Below are positions 25,910 to 38,026 of a stretch of 64,000 bases of DNA, one piece after another; positions within the stretch are counted from its first letter, which is position 1; each line of letters starts with the position of its first letter. This stretch comes from Selaginella moellendorffii (lineage: Eukaryota; Plantae; Lycopodiophyta). Position numbers and translations under genes: made by a program. Below the pieces are notes generated by a model. It saw only the letters and a list, made by a program, of their open reading frames with translations, did not search any database and was not told the DNA's origin. The stretch lies in assembly GCF_000143415.4 (NCBI RefSeq), contig NW_003314294.1, positions 625,453 to 689,452 of the forward strand. Reading direction: 5' to 3'.

Positions 25910-28900
25910 TAAAAGTGACTATATTATAGTATAATAAAGTAATTCTAGATCTTATATTCCACTATAGGATAGCCTAAAAACCTCATATTTTACACTAGCC
26001 AATGTAATGTTTCCCACAAGGATGTTGTTCTTCACCATGAAGCAATAGTGGGTATGTGTTCGTAATTCATTCTTAAATCTATTGTACATTGACATATACA
26101 CATTTTCCAAACCTACCATTAGGCAATTGATACAGTGCTTAAGAAAAGTTTGTAAACCCATAAAGCCATTTGTCTTGTCCAAAAAAAAATAGCATATTAG
26201 ACACCAAATATAATAGTGTTCTATGCTTTTAAGTAGTCCCACTATGTCAAGAGTAAAATCTTGCAAAAACATATGGCATTACTCTTGAAGCACTAGAAGC
26301 AATCCCTCTCTAGTGGCAAGATTTGAAATTTCATATATAAAGAGCTTTAGTTTAGCTTCACTAGACCCTTAGCAAAAAAAAAATTGTTATATGGAGGTGA
26401 AGGTGGAATGTTGGTAGAACTTGGGGATGGAGATTGATATGAAATGTTTAGGGGCCAAGTACATGTAGAAATGACTTTCTTTCAAGCCATTTTGATATAA
26501 ACTTTCAAGGAGCTCAAGGAGAACAAAACCACTACAATGACTATAGCTTTTCTAGATAGTTTATATACTAAGTTTTAGTCTTGGGAATGAAGTTTATCTA
26601 TTATGACATTGAAAAATACTCAAATTTTTGAAATGTCAGTATCGGAAATGAGGTTTCATAATCATAACTGGCTTGTAAATATAAGAGCTTCTAGAATTCT
26701 AGATTATCATGTATACACTTGCTCTATCATTATGATGAAATCCTACTTTGTTACATATATATTCTTTTCTACACATGCTAAATTTCTAAGGAAATAAACC
26801 ACATTATAGTGGTAGGGCACACTAGCATATTGTTATTCTCTTATGTGAGATTGCTTTTCAGTCTTGGAAATGTAGATAGAGTTGATTCTTTGATATGATA
26901 TTATTTTGAGTCTTTTGAAAGATTTCAATTTCTTTTATTATTATTCACAAACAACTCCTGAAACTCTTATTGAGGATTCACTATAAAATATACCATAGTC
27001 TTTTTATATGGGTGGATTACAGTATAGACAAAAAATAGAGTTTTTGATATGAATTAATACATAAATTACAAATATCATAGAAAGTTTTATAGAGTAGATT
27101 TCTTGGTGTTTTCCACCGTGCTATTCATTACTTCATTTTTCTTACTCTAGATTGTTGTTTCAGAAGTAATAGGAGCATTTTTATCAATTATGATAGTGGT
27201 CTCCACTATAGTGCACGTGGTTTTGACCCTTTATCCTATGGTGATTTACCATAGGATAACACCACGAAGCGGAACCTAAACCCTTCATGTGCCATGTGAC
27301 AGATGCCACATGTCACATGCCATATGTACAAAGGAACGTGGTGTGGAACCCGAGGTTCAGGGCCTTGGGCCACTGAACAAAGGAACGGTGCCAAACCCCT
27401 AAGCATGGGATGGAACCGGACCATGGAACAACTCCCGAGTATACAGCCTAAGGAGCGAAGGGACAGGAGCCCGGAGCGACTTGGAACAGTCCTAGAGCAA
27501 CTAACATCCCAATGCCAGGACCAGCACCCAAAATAGAGCCAAACGGAGTCTGGCACTATTTCGGCATACCGGTGGCCTAACATGAGGATATGGGTACTCC
27601 ACCAGCTAGCATGGAATGGAACTTGGGCTTAGACCCAAGCCGAACGCAAAACAAGGATAGGCACGCAAACAAGAGCTAGACTATGCCTCAGGTTGGTCAG
27701 CCATGCCTAACCTACCCACTATCCCTACTATACATTTGGAACCCCCCACAGCCCCCCCCTCCCCTTGAGGAACATACGCTTTGGGCTTTCACCCTAAGCC
27801 TCCTTTAGTATCAGGAGTTAGTCTTTGGGACAAGCTCGAAACTTACTAAATATAGAATGGCGCTAAAATGTGAATTTGGACACGGGATGAACACCATTGT
27901 GTTCAGGCCAATCTCTACATTCCGTAAATATGCCAAATGAGTAGATCTAGACACTTTCCATAAATAGCATTTGGGACCGAAATGAGACTAACACAAAGGG
28001 CATGATAGCGAGGGTGTTTGGCAAACACAGTAAGCTATCATATAGCGAACATTGAGGGACCACGCTCAATATCGTGGGGGTTCCCAACACTAGCAAGTGC
28101 AAGTCAACGAATGAGTTTCTCTAACCAAGTCAAGTATGCTTGACTAAATAGACACTTAGGAAATCCTTCCTTATGCTCATCTGGTCAAGTGCACATGTAA
28201 AGACCAGTTTCTCAACTAGCTTAGGCAGAGACTGATAACGGGTCCAGCAATACCGACCTCCTGCCATCGTGGCAGTAAGAAAAGAGTGTCCGTAAGGACT
28301 GGCTGGCAGATAACTTTCGATACCCGAAGTCACATTCGCGACACTCTCCCCTCCTAGGGAAGATCAATGTCCTCATCGATGTATACTCTAGTCTAAAATA
28401 CTGCCAAGGAAACAACTCCAGAAAAAGTTCATGGTACTCACACTATGTGAGAAATGCACCAACTTAAATGAGTTAGGGGGTAGCCTCTTTGTCTAACGCG
28501 GATGCACTACCAACTCAGACACCTTCTGGCTGTCGCTGACAAGGAAATGACCAATGGAATTAGCCACCCTTGCTACTCTAGGTGTCACCCAGCTTACAAA
28601 AGTGTGATATGCCCCTGCCCATAAGAACATAGAGAGAGAAGCCATAGGCCCCAACCCTCCTGAGCAAAGAAACTAAACCCGTCGGTAAGGTTTAGATAAA
28701 CTACTGTAAACAGGCAGTTAGAGTTGTTTACACGGTCATGCAAGCTCTATTTCGTTAAAGTGGGAATTGTCATTATCCCACTTGTAAAATAAGGTTTCCA
28801 AACCTTTATATAGTATATAAATATAACAAAATTCAACTGCATTGAGGCACATGCCATTTTATTTTAAACAAGGAAATGTCTACTCAATCACTTCTCCTCC

Positions 28901-29183
28901 CCCTGCCACTGCTTCACCTCTTTCTTCTCCTTGTCATCGTCGTCCAATTTCTTTCCATCCTTTTAATATTGGCTTAGTTGCTCTGAGTCTAGGTGGAGCC
29001 CAAGTCCCCATTCAATCTTTACTTTCCCCTTATTAATAAAACAACTTCGTAGACTTCCAATAACATGTTGTAACACTTCTAGTATAATGCAAATCCTCTC
29101 AAAGAATTGTCTTTTAATATTAATACAATGGCATGGAACCCCATGCCATAATAAGTTACATTTTTAAATAAATACATGCCATC

Positions 29184-30068
29184 TCAGACTGTTATTTTTT
29201 GCCTCCAACGCCTATACAATAATCTTGGAATTTCATCACTCTCCACACTATCAGGATTTAAACCCAATAGTAATGCCATCTCTTCTCTAATACGTCCACG
29301 CTCATGTTCAGTGGTCGAAGAACCCATCCGGTTGAGCAGATTATGGAGATGCAGATAGTGCTTGGCTAGACAATATACATGCCATAAATGATGACTGGTG
29401 TCTGTCCGATCAAATGGCTTCTGATATACCGTTCCATCTGCCATTTGGTTGATTTCTGCAGCCACCTCCTAGACTGGCCGGTTCTCTATCACCATCGCTC
29501 CAAGCCGTTTTGCAAGGTCCCCCAGAACATACAGTTTCTTCTCCCTAGTTTCCATACTGCAAGAGATGGGGTGCACTGCATATGTGTGCGTGTTCGCTGC
29601 AGTTTTAATCGGCGAGTCATCGATGATGAGGATTTAACTTGACCTAGCAGTCCGGTTCATCACTACAACCTCTGGCTTGACGAAGATGGGCTTGCTACCC
29701 CTCACATGGACCATAGTCAAGCAATCCTCCTGCGTTAGGAGAAAGTCAAATGGTAATATTACTCGCGTCTGATTGTGCATCATCTGTAGCAACGTTAATG
29801 CATTGTGGCGCATCATGGATGTCCAAACTCCCAATTGCAAATTGAACCCGGCCCTTTGTTTTAAGTGTCGCATGGTCATTATTAGATCCCGCAGTTTCTC
29901 CCGTGTGATTAATGTGAATCTGTCTCTTTTGACCAACTTGCGACCGCAGGCTTTGGAGGGTGTAATGACATTCGAGGACGAGCCACGCTCATGGGAGAAA
30001 AGGACACCGTTCAGATCAAAAATGATACAGTACCTTCGCCATGACTCTGAAATGAAATGCGTCAGCAT
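29184..30068 (-). pseudogene. FCP1/NIF-family HAD phosphatase domain, probably the terminal exon of the cargo gene
   Basis: CIIFDLNGVL (motif I variant), LGVWTSMMRHN, FLLTQEDC, KPIFVKP; after a TAA the same frame reads ILIIDDSPIKTAAN...AVHP; a second stop (TAG) follows. Confidence 0.8.
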
Positions 30069-30092
30069 AAAAAATGGTACAAGTCAATTTTA

Positions 30093-33000
30093 CCATCTAC
30101 AATATTAGCGAATGGTGCTCCCGATGGTCGTTGAGAGGGTTTTAGTCGAGGAAACGTGAAGGGCGGAAATACTCTCCTCTGCAATGTGGGGTCAATCGCA
30201 TCCGATGGCGTGTGGGCACATGCCATTTCAGCTGTAGACTCTGGTACAACTGGCTCAACAGTGGCATGGGGTGGTTCCGATGGCGTGTGATCACACGCCA
30301 TTTCAGCTGGTGCCTCCGTTGGCAAAGTGGACATGACCGAACAAGCAACAGGGGCGGTGTAGGGAGGTTTCAATGGCGCGTAGTCAGACGATTGGGCACA
30401 CGTTGAGTCTGTTGGAAATGAGGATACGACCGACTCAGCGGCTGGGGCGGCCTCATGCGGGTCCAATGGCGCCTGGTCACCGTCATTTGGATACGTGGAC
30501 AAGATTGACTCAGTGGTATGGGCAGCATCAAGTGGAGCGTGGTCAGCTTGCTTGGCGTTGATATGGATAGTAGCCTCCACTAGCTCTGATGACTCTTGCA
30601 GGCAAGTAGAGTCCACTGGCGGATCCATATGCATGTCCAAATATCTCCCTTCGATTGAGATGGTATCCTCCCTACTGGCTACTAAAAACAAACTCATTAG
30701 CACATTGAATCGATTATACTATATTTACCATCAACTGCTATTGAGGAACTAGGACCGATATCACTTGGGCGCACTGCTGATTCTGAAGGATTGGACATAC
30801 GTTTCGACCCTTGCTTGGCACTATCCTTCCTCGACACTAAAGGCTAGAGTTTGTATCTTAATTCAACTGAATAATCTCTACTTACCATTTGCTCTGCGAC
30901 CTACATGGACAATGTTAGAAATGGTAAAAGGTTAGGAATGGATGTACTATTATTTACCTGATGGTTTGGCTTGTATGACCTTCCTCCGCTGCTCTTTGGC
31001 CACCTCAGGCTAGCCATCATCGTCATCATCGTCGTCGTCGTTATTGTGATCGTCACCATTGTGAGGACCATCCAAGTCCTCTTCGTCCTCCTCTTCTTCG
31101 TCCTCCTCTTCTTTGTCCTCCTCTTCGTCCTTCTGCTCTTCCTGCTCATTATCTTTCTCTGGCTCCTCATCCCCCTCCTGCATTTCTTCCATAGGCTGCT
31201 CAGGCTGGATGGCTTATTCTTCTAGGACCATCTTGGGAAAATCATCTGGCCGAGTCTCCATCTCAAAATACAAGACATCCATAGCCTGTTTTAGTGCGTG
31301 ACCTAGGACCGTATCCTCACCCGACTGTCGTAACATGGTTTCTGCACGTTCTTGCACCCTTCGAAGACGACGAGATGAGAAAAACGTGGCCCTGACTTGA
31401 AAAGCATCCCTCATCCATTGTACCTCTCCATTAAGATTGGGGAAGGGGAGTCCGCCATAGGAATCTGAGTCAGGAGGTGGTGACTGGCTGCTTTCACTCA
31501 GCCCTTGATCTGCAATGAATGGCATGAGCACACACGCCATAACCGCGAGGCATTACCTATCATCTTTTCGTTGCCCTTCTTCCTTTTCGAATCAAACGCC
31601 TCTGATCCCGACGACTGTCCAACGTGCTTTCGCTTTTTATGACCACTGTCAGTTTGAGCTTGGCTGGTGCTTGCCTGTTTTGACTTTGAAGAAGTGTCTC
31701 CTGCAAGGAATGGCATGAGACCACACGCCATTGCAAATATAATTTGTACCTCCTTTTTTCCTATTGCTTGTCTGTTTGTCCTTCTTCGACGCGCCACCAG
31801 TGCGCTTTTTAGTCCTCGTGTCTGAATATTCACAACGATCTATAATCAAAATGGCGTGAGGCCTCATGTGACCTTACCTTGTGCAGGTTGTGAGCTCGAC
31901 CCAACATGGGTATCTTCAATAGTAGCTGTTAACGCCGTTTCAGCATCTGGGGGTGGCCACGCTCCTGCATACAGAGCTTGTGAGATAACATTTAAACTTA
32001 AAGTGCGTACTCACCAGGTTCGCAGAGAAGATACTGTTTTTCTTTGGCAACTGTAATTATATGCTCCATTGAAGTCACCTCTTCAATGGAGTTTGTCACC
32101 GCAACACACGGGACACCCTTGAGTAGTGCGGCTCGAAAGAATAGTCCGCTGCAATTGTACTCGACAACGCATTTGCCCTTAGAGTCAGAAGCAGGTGACC
32201 CACCCGCTATTGCGTTGAAGACCCAGCTGAGCATTTCCCATGCTGCACCTGGAGCTTTCTTTGGATTCGAAAGCTCCATAGCCGTCTTCAGTTCCTCAGG
32301 CACGGGTAAATTGACCTCCCTCAGATCAATTCGATCGGCCTTGTCGAACGAAGCTGGGAAGTCACTCCAGTCCCACTCTGCTGCAGGACCAATAACAAGG
32401 GCGAGTGTGAAGATGCGAACATTCGTCGGTATCTTCTTCTTAGCCATTATCCCATGGATCTCCTGCATCTCCTTGCCTTTCAACTGAGCCTTCACCTCGT
32501 TTAAGGCCTTCCAGAACTTGTGATAGGATTCGGAGTCGTAGATCTTATAGTGGACTGAAGATTCCACCTCCACAAGTCCCACTATTAAGTCAATGATGGA
32601 GCTGACTTCGTCTGCATGAGTGATCTCCTCGTTTGTGAAGTCCATCACACAAAAGATGTTCTTGACCTGCTTATCTCCGCGGGAAACGATGCTCCTCCAC
32701 CTTTGATCCTCATCCGAATTCACGTATACCCGGTAAGGTTCTCGATAGGCCTCTGCTGCGGGGTCGAGCTGCTTCTGAAGCCGGCGGTCGACATCCCTCT
32801 TAATGAAATTTGGATACTGATCCAACTTCTCAGCTTTACTTTTCGTGGCATCCCGCAGCAGATCGATGAACTTGGGGGCCCCTTTCACGTACTCGTCGAT
32901 GTCTTCATTTGACAACTCCAGCGCTTCCATCATCTCTTGCGTGGTGTCGATGCTCACCCTCTCCACGGCCACTTGCTCGAAGATCCAATCCTTCAATAGC

Positions 33001-34591
33001 GCACGAGCTCTCAGAGTCGTGCACAAGTCCTCGTATGTCACAATATGGCCGGGAGTCATTTTGGTCTTGTTGAAGACTACCTCACCACGTAGAAGAGCAT
33101 TAGCCACTGTCAGAAAGTCGTCGTCGTCTAGAGACCGCGAGAAACGCAAGGCGTTGAGCTTCAAATCATTGGGCTTCCGGCCGTCCTCCACACCCATTGA
33201 GTTTAGCAACTCCCCGTCATGGTACCTCCTCAGCACATCTACCCATTTGTCAAAAACAACTTTTGTCGCGAGTAGAATGTTATGGATGCTGAGTGTGTCA
33301 TTTACCCCCAGTGTTTTCGAGAGAAGACTCAAGAATTCCTGCAATGGAAATGGCGTGAGGCCACATGCTATGCCACATGCAACGAGGCTTACCTGCCAGG
33401 CGCTAGTTGCTAGTGCATGTCCTTGTTCTGGTTTTTGTGGCTTCTTCAGTTGAACCCAGAGCTTCCGTGTTCGTGCCAATGTCTCGTGCAGACCCGATTT
33501 GTAGCACGTTTCTTGCTTGACATTCTGCGTGTGGGAGATGTATATGATAGATCGGAGGGGCGAGTTGCCTTTTATCAGGCGGACAACTCTTGTCTTGAAG
33601 ACTTTCTTCACCTCCTCACCCACCATAATATCCACAACTATCTCTTGCATCGCCAAGCTAGAATGCTGCCCAGAGACGGCATAGAACCGGATGTTCTCTA
33701 GTCCAACACCTTCCTATTGATCAAGTCTGGAAACCTCGTCTCGCCCTTCATTGTTCAGTAGTAGGGGATCACGTTTGCGATGTCGGGTGTTACTGGACTT
33801 GCCAGCATCTTTTGCTTCAGTTTCTCCACCCACTCATCAGATACTAGCTTGTGGTTGTATTTGCTTTGGATGTCGATACGGCTCACGTCGATTGTATATA
33901 CTTTGTTGGAATAGTAACAAGTACTATTATCTGCGACGATTTTTGCTGCCTCTTCTTGCTCTTTCTGCTCTTTGTGGCTCTTCTTTTTGGTGGGTGTAGT
34001 GTTCGAACCCGAGGCAATGGCATCACTGAGTAGCTTCTTTTTTGGAGCAGGAGAGTCAGACGTCGGCTTGAGCTTGACCACCCTTTTCTGCTTCGGGGTA
34101 GTTTCCAGATTGACCCCCTTCCCCTTCGCTTCGCGAACTGGAGGCACTCTCAACGGCTCAATGTTGGAATATAGTTTTTGAACATCGCCGTAGGTGAGGT
34201 CCGTGGATTCCATGTGATCTTCATAGACCCGCAGCGTCTTTGAAATTGTGGGCCTCCTGGACAACCTCTCCCTAGCTCCCTCTAGGAATTCCTCATAGCC
34301 GCTGCCCCCCTCCGGGAAGCCGCTAGGATGTGCAAGGTGGATCTTGAAGGCGAACGCTATCTCTACCACAAGTGCCAGTCCATATTCTTGCATGGAACTG
34401 CATGGAGTGTCTGTCACTTGGATGAGGATCCCCATGCATTCTTTTCTCCCACCATCTGTGTTGTACAGCCTCAGATCCTCGCCTTCCATCCCGAAAGTCC
34501 AACTGGTGAGCTCCTCCCCCTTCTCTACATCCACATTGACAGTGGCTGGAAGAAGAATGCAATTCCTCGCCTGTTCAGAAATGCACAACAA
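30093..34591 (-). pseudogene. Multi-exon cargo gene: ParB-like domain, helical region, possible degenerate methyltransferase-like fold, acidic tract, Pro/Ala-rich linker
   Basis: ORFs 34591-33755 and 33656-31998 are joined by a stop and frameshift. ParB-like: YTIDVSRIDI...WVEKLKQKM...IRFYAVSGQHSSLAM. Predicted GT-AG introns at 33339-33392, 31965-32014, 31822-31877, 31701-31749, 31510-31556 and 30047-30093. D/E tract 31010-31192. Confidence 0.7.
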
Positions 34592-35481
34592 TTAGAGCTG
34601 ACAGATGAAAAGCTAGCAGCTGGAAATAACGTGAGGCCACACGCCATTCACCACTACATCAGATGTCTTGAGGCTGCATCCTAAGATGGCGTGAGGCTAC
34701 ATGCCATCTGTAACCGGACTGCACTCGAGAGCCCAATCGGTGCATGCCAATGTTGCTACTAAATGGCATGTGGCCTCATGCCATTTTCTACTTGGCCTAA
34801 AAGACTTACCATTTGAAGCTGAATGGAGGCGTGACAATCGAGGCCGGACTCGCTGGCAAATGTGCACTGTGTGTGCAGCGGATCATAGCAACAAGGCTAC
34901 TCTGCCACTTACAGTTGGAGAATGGCACTGAAATCTCCCGGGATGCCAAGTGGGCTGCGTGTGGGTGGCGGAGTGGGCGGCAGAGTTGGCGGCGAAGTTA
35001 CAAACTGGGTGTGTCTTGAAGTGGACGCCGATGCACACGAGTGCGATGCGAGCGCGAGTGTGATGCAAGAGCGAGTGGACGCCGATGCACACGAGAAACC
35101 TATAGAGAAGGTAGATGAGCGCGAATGTGAGCGCGAGTGGGAGCGCGATGCAAGCGCGAGTGTGCGAGCGCGAGTACGAAGCAAAATGCAAAACCTAACC
35201 TCACACACGCGAAATGTCACGACAGTTGGTAATCCTGCCACGTCATCATTCCTCGGACTTGGGCGCCACCATTAATTTCTGGATCGCCGCGCGCATGCAT
35301 GCACGTGAAATCCAAAAGAAATCTGCAACGTCATCATTCCTCGGACTGCATGCACGCGAAATCCAAAAGAAAGATCATGATTGGGATATCATTTAATACC
35401 CTCGCTATATTTATACCATGCATGATTGGATATTCCAAAGCATCTTGTATTTCCAAAAATGCCAGATGTTCAGCTAAATAA

Positions 35482-37412
35482 AGAATGGTATACAATGTCC
35501 TTCTTGATGGCCCTGCAAAGAAGCATCTTGATCGGACACCACATGAGACCACACGAGCCTTACAATGTTTCAGGGGCATTTGCCATAGATCCGACTGTTA
35601 TTTTGCTCCAAGATTCTATAGTTTGGTATGCATTGACCTTTCCATCGACACTGCAAAGGGACATCACAATCAGATGCAGGATCACAAGAAACCAACTTCA
35701 CTAACTCTGGTTTCACCAAGATCTACGTAAGGAGTTATGAAATGAAAGGACCCTTTCTATTGAAATGTGTTTATGGTCCTGACATATCAAAGGATTTTGC
35801 ATCAAGTTTTGTATTTGCATGTTTATCAAACTACTGAATTGCTAAATCCTAAACCCTAAACCCTAAACCCTAAATATGTGGCAAATGCTGAGTGAAGAAA
35901 GATGCCCTTTCTGGGCAAATGTTGTAAGAGGCAGATGCCGAGCAGTTACACGGCGAATAATCTTGGCGCGGATCGCTGACATGGCATGGCAAAGTTCGAA
36001 TCACTGACATGGCACAGCTGGATCGAGGCAAGGACATGATGTGACAAAGTTCAATGTCCGACAGCAAAGTCTAGAAGCTACTCAGTTTGAAATTTGTCAG
36101 AGGAATTATAAGATCTGGTTTGTCAGAGGATTTGATGTGACGTTCAAGCGTGTGGGCTCATGCAATTTTGATCCCAAAAAATGCACCAAAAAATGCTCGG
36201 CGTCATCTGGCGTTATCTCTTGAATGGCGTGGGGCCGCATGCCATTTTCAGGGGCACATAGGAGTATATTCCTAGAATATTCTGACATGTGCGAGAGTTT
36301 TTTGAGTTTTTTGGAGATCCAACCGTTAGATCCCAACTAGATTTTACAGAATGGTATACAATGTCTTTCTTGATGACCCTGCAAAGAAGCATCTCGATCG
36401 GACACCACATGAGACCACACGAGCCTTACAATGTTTCAGGGGCATTTGCCATAGATCCGACCGTTATTTTGCTCCAAGATTCTACAGTTTGGTGTGCATT
36501 GACCTTTCCATCGACACTGCAAAGGTACATCACAATCAGATGCGGGATCACAAGAAACTAACTTCACTAACTCTGGTTTCACCAAGATCTACGTAAGGAG
36601 TTATGAAATGAAAGGACCCTTTCTATTGAAATGTGTTTATGGTCCTAGGGGCATTGTGACATATCAAAGGATTTTGCATCAAGTTCTATATTTGCATGTT
36701 TATCAAGCTACTGAATTGCTAAACCCTAAACCCTAAACATGTGGCAAATGTTGCGTGAAGAAAGATGCCCTTTCTGGGCAAATGCTGTAAGAGGCAGATG
36801 CCGAGTAGATGTATCTCAGGCTAGCAAAGGGGACAAACGAAAGCTAGCTATAAACATGACGGGATGCAAATAGATTACTAGGCTAGTCCTGCGAAAATCA
36901 AAAACCATAATTGAAAACATTGAAAATGCAAAAAGAAAGGTTTATAATATTTTTGAATTTTAAGCAACCAAAGGAATGTAAGTAGGGCATGTGTTTGTAA
37001 GTTTAAAAATGCCTCAACCACTTAAATTCCCAAGTAAATAAAGTTGTTTCTATTTTTGGTACAGGTAAACTTTATAGCGTGTGGGCTCATGCAATTTTGA
37101 ACCCAAAAATGCACCCAAAAATGCTCGACTAGCATTATTCTTTGAATGGCATGTGGCCTTATATTGCCATAAATGGACGTACACACACAGCATAATTATT
37201 CCTTTCCACGGCGAATAATCTTGGCGCGGATCACTGACATAGCATGGCAAAGTTCGAATCACTGACATGGCACAGCTGGATCGAGGCAAGGACATGATGT
37301 GACAAAGTTCAACCTCTAACAGCAAAGTCTAGAAGCTACTCAGTTTGAAATTTGTCAGAGGAATCATAAGATCTGGTTTGTCAGAGGATTTGATGTGACG
37401 TTCAAGCATGTG
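35482..37412. repeat. Internal direct duplications in the intergenic region of the TIR element
   Basis: 35482-35942 ~ 36348-36804; ~35949-36152 ~ 37207-37412; ~36147-36199 ~ 37076-37127. Confidence 0.9.
35842..35874. repeat. Short plant-type telomeric (CCCTAAA)n / telo-box tract; shorter duplicate at ~36719-36738
   Basis: ctaaatcctaaaccctaaaccctaaaccctaaa. Confidence 0.85.
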
Positions 37413-38026
37413 TTATTTTTGAATTCTCGAACTCATTCCTAGGTCTATCATTTTTGTGCGCCGTGTTCTTGGTTCCGCTGAGCGCAGTGAGCGCTGCTTG
37501 TGTAAGCGGCATTGTGAGCTGTGGTTTATGCGTCTATGAGCGGTTGCGGCATTGCGAGCGCCATTGCGAGCGGCAGTTTATGCGAGTGGCAGTTTGTGCG
37601 AGCGGCGCTACGAGCAGTTGCGGTGTTGCAAGCGGCGCTACGAGTAGTTGCGGTGTTGCGAGCGGCACTGTCTTTGGTGTGGCTACCGCTTCCTCTTGAT
37701 ATTCGGCACTTGTGCTTCCTGGTATGTTCACCATGGAATGGTTTAGGACCACATTTAGAAATGGCATGAGGCCACATGCCATCTTGGGCCCTTGCAATTT
37801 CATGGCTAGCATATTGTCATGTATGTTTTTACTTGCCTGCAGCTGTGTGTATATCAAGATGGCATGAGGCCTCATGCCAATTTTGTGAATGCGAAATTTC
37901 ATGTGGGTGTCAATAGCATGTTTGAATAATGGCATGTGGCCTCATGCTATTGAGGTTGTTTGGTTGATTTAGGCCATTCTCCAATCATTTTTTGTATGGT
38001 CTTAACTTCTTTTCTGCACTTTCAGA

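Noticed and set aside
32044-33453. Plus-strand ORFs of 147 and 202 aa
   Set aside because: They are antisense shadows of the 552-aa cargo ORF
35842-35874. True telomere or chromosome-fusion scar
   Set aside because: Only about 4 units, duplicated within a transposon's intergenic region; telo-box-like
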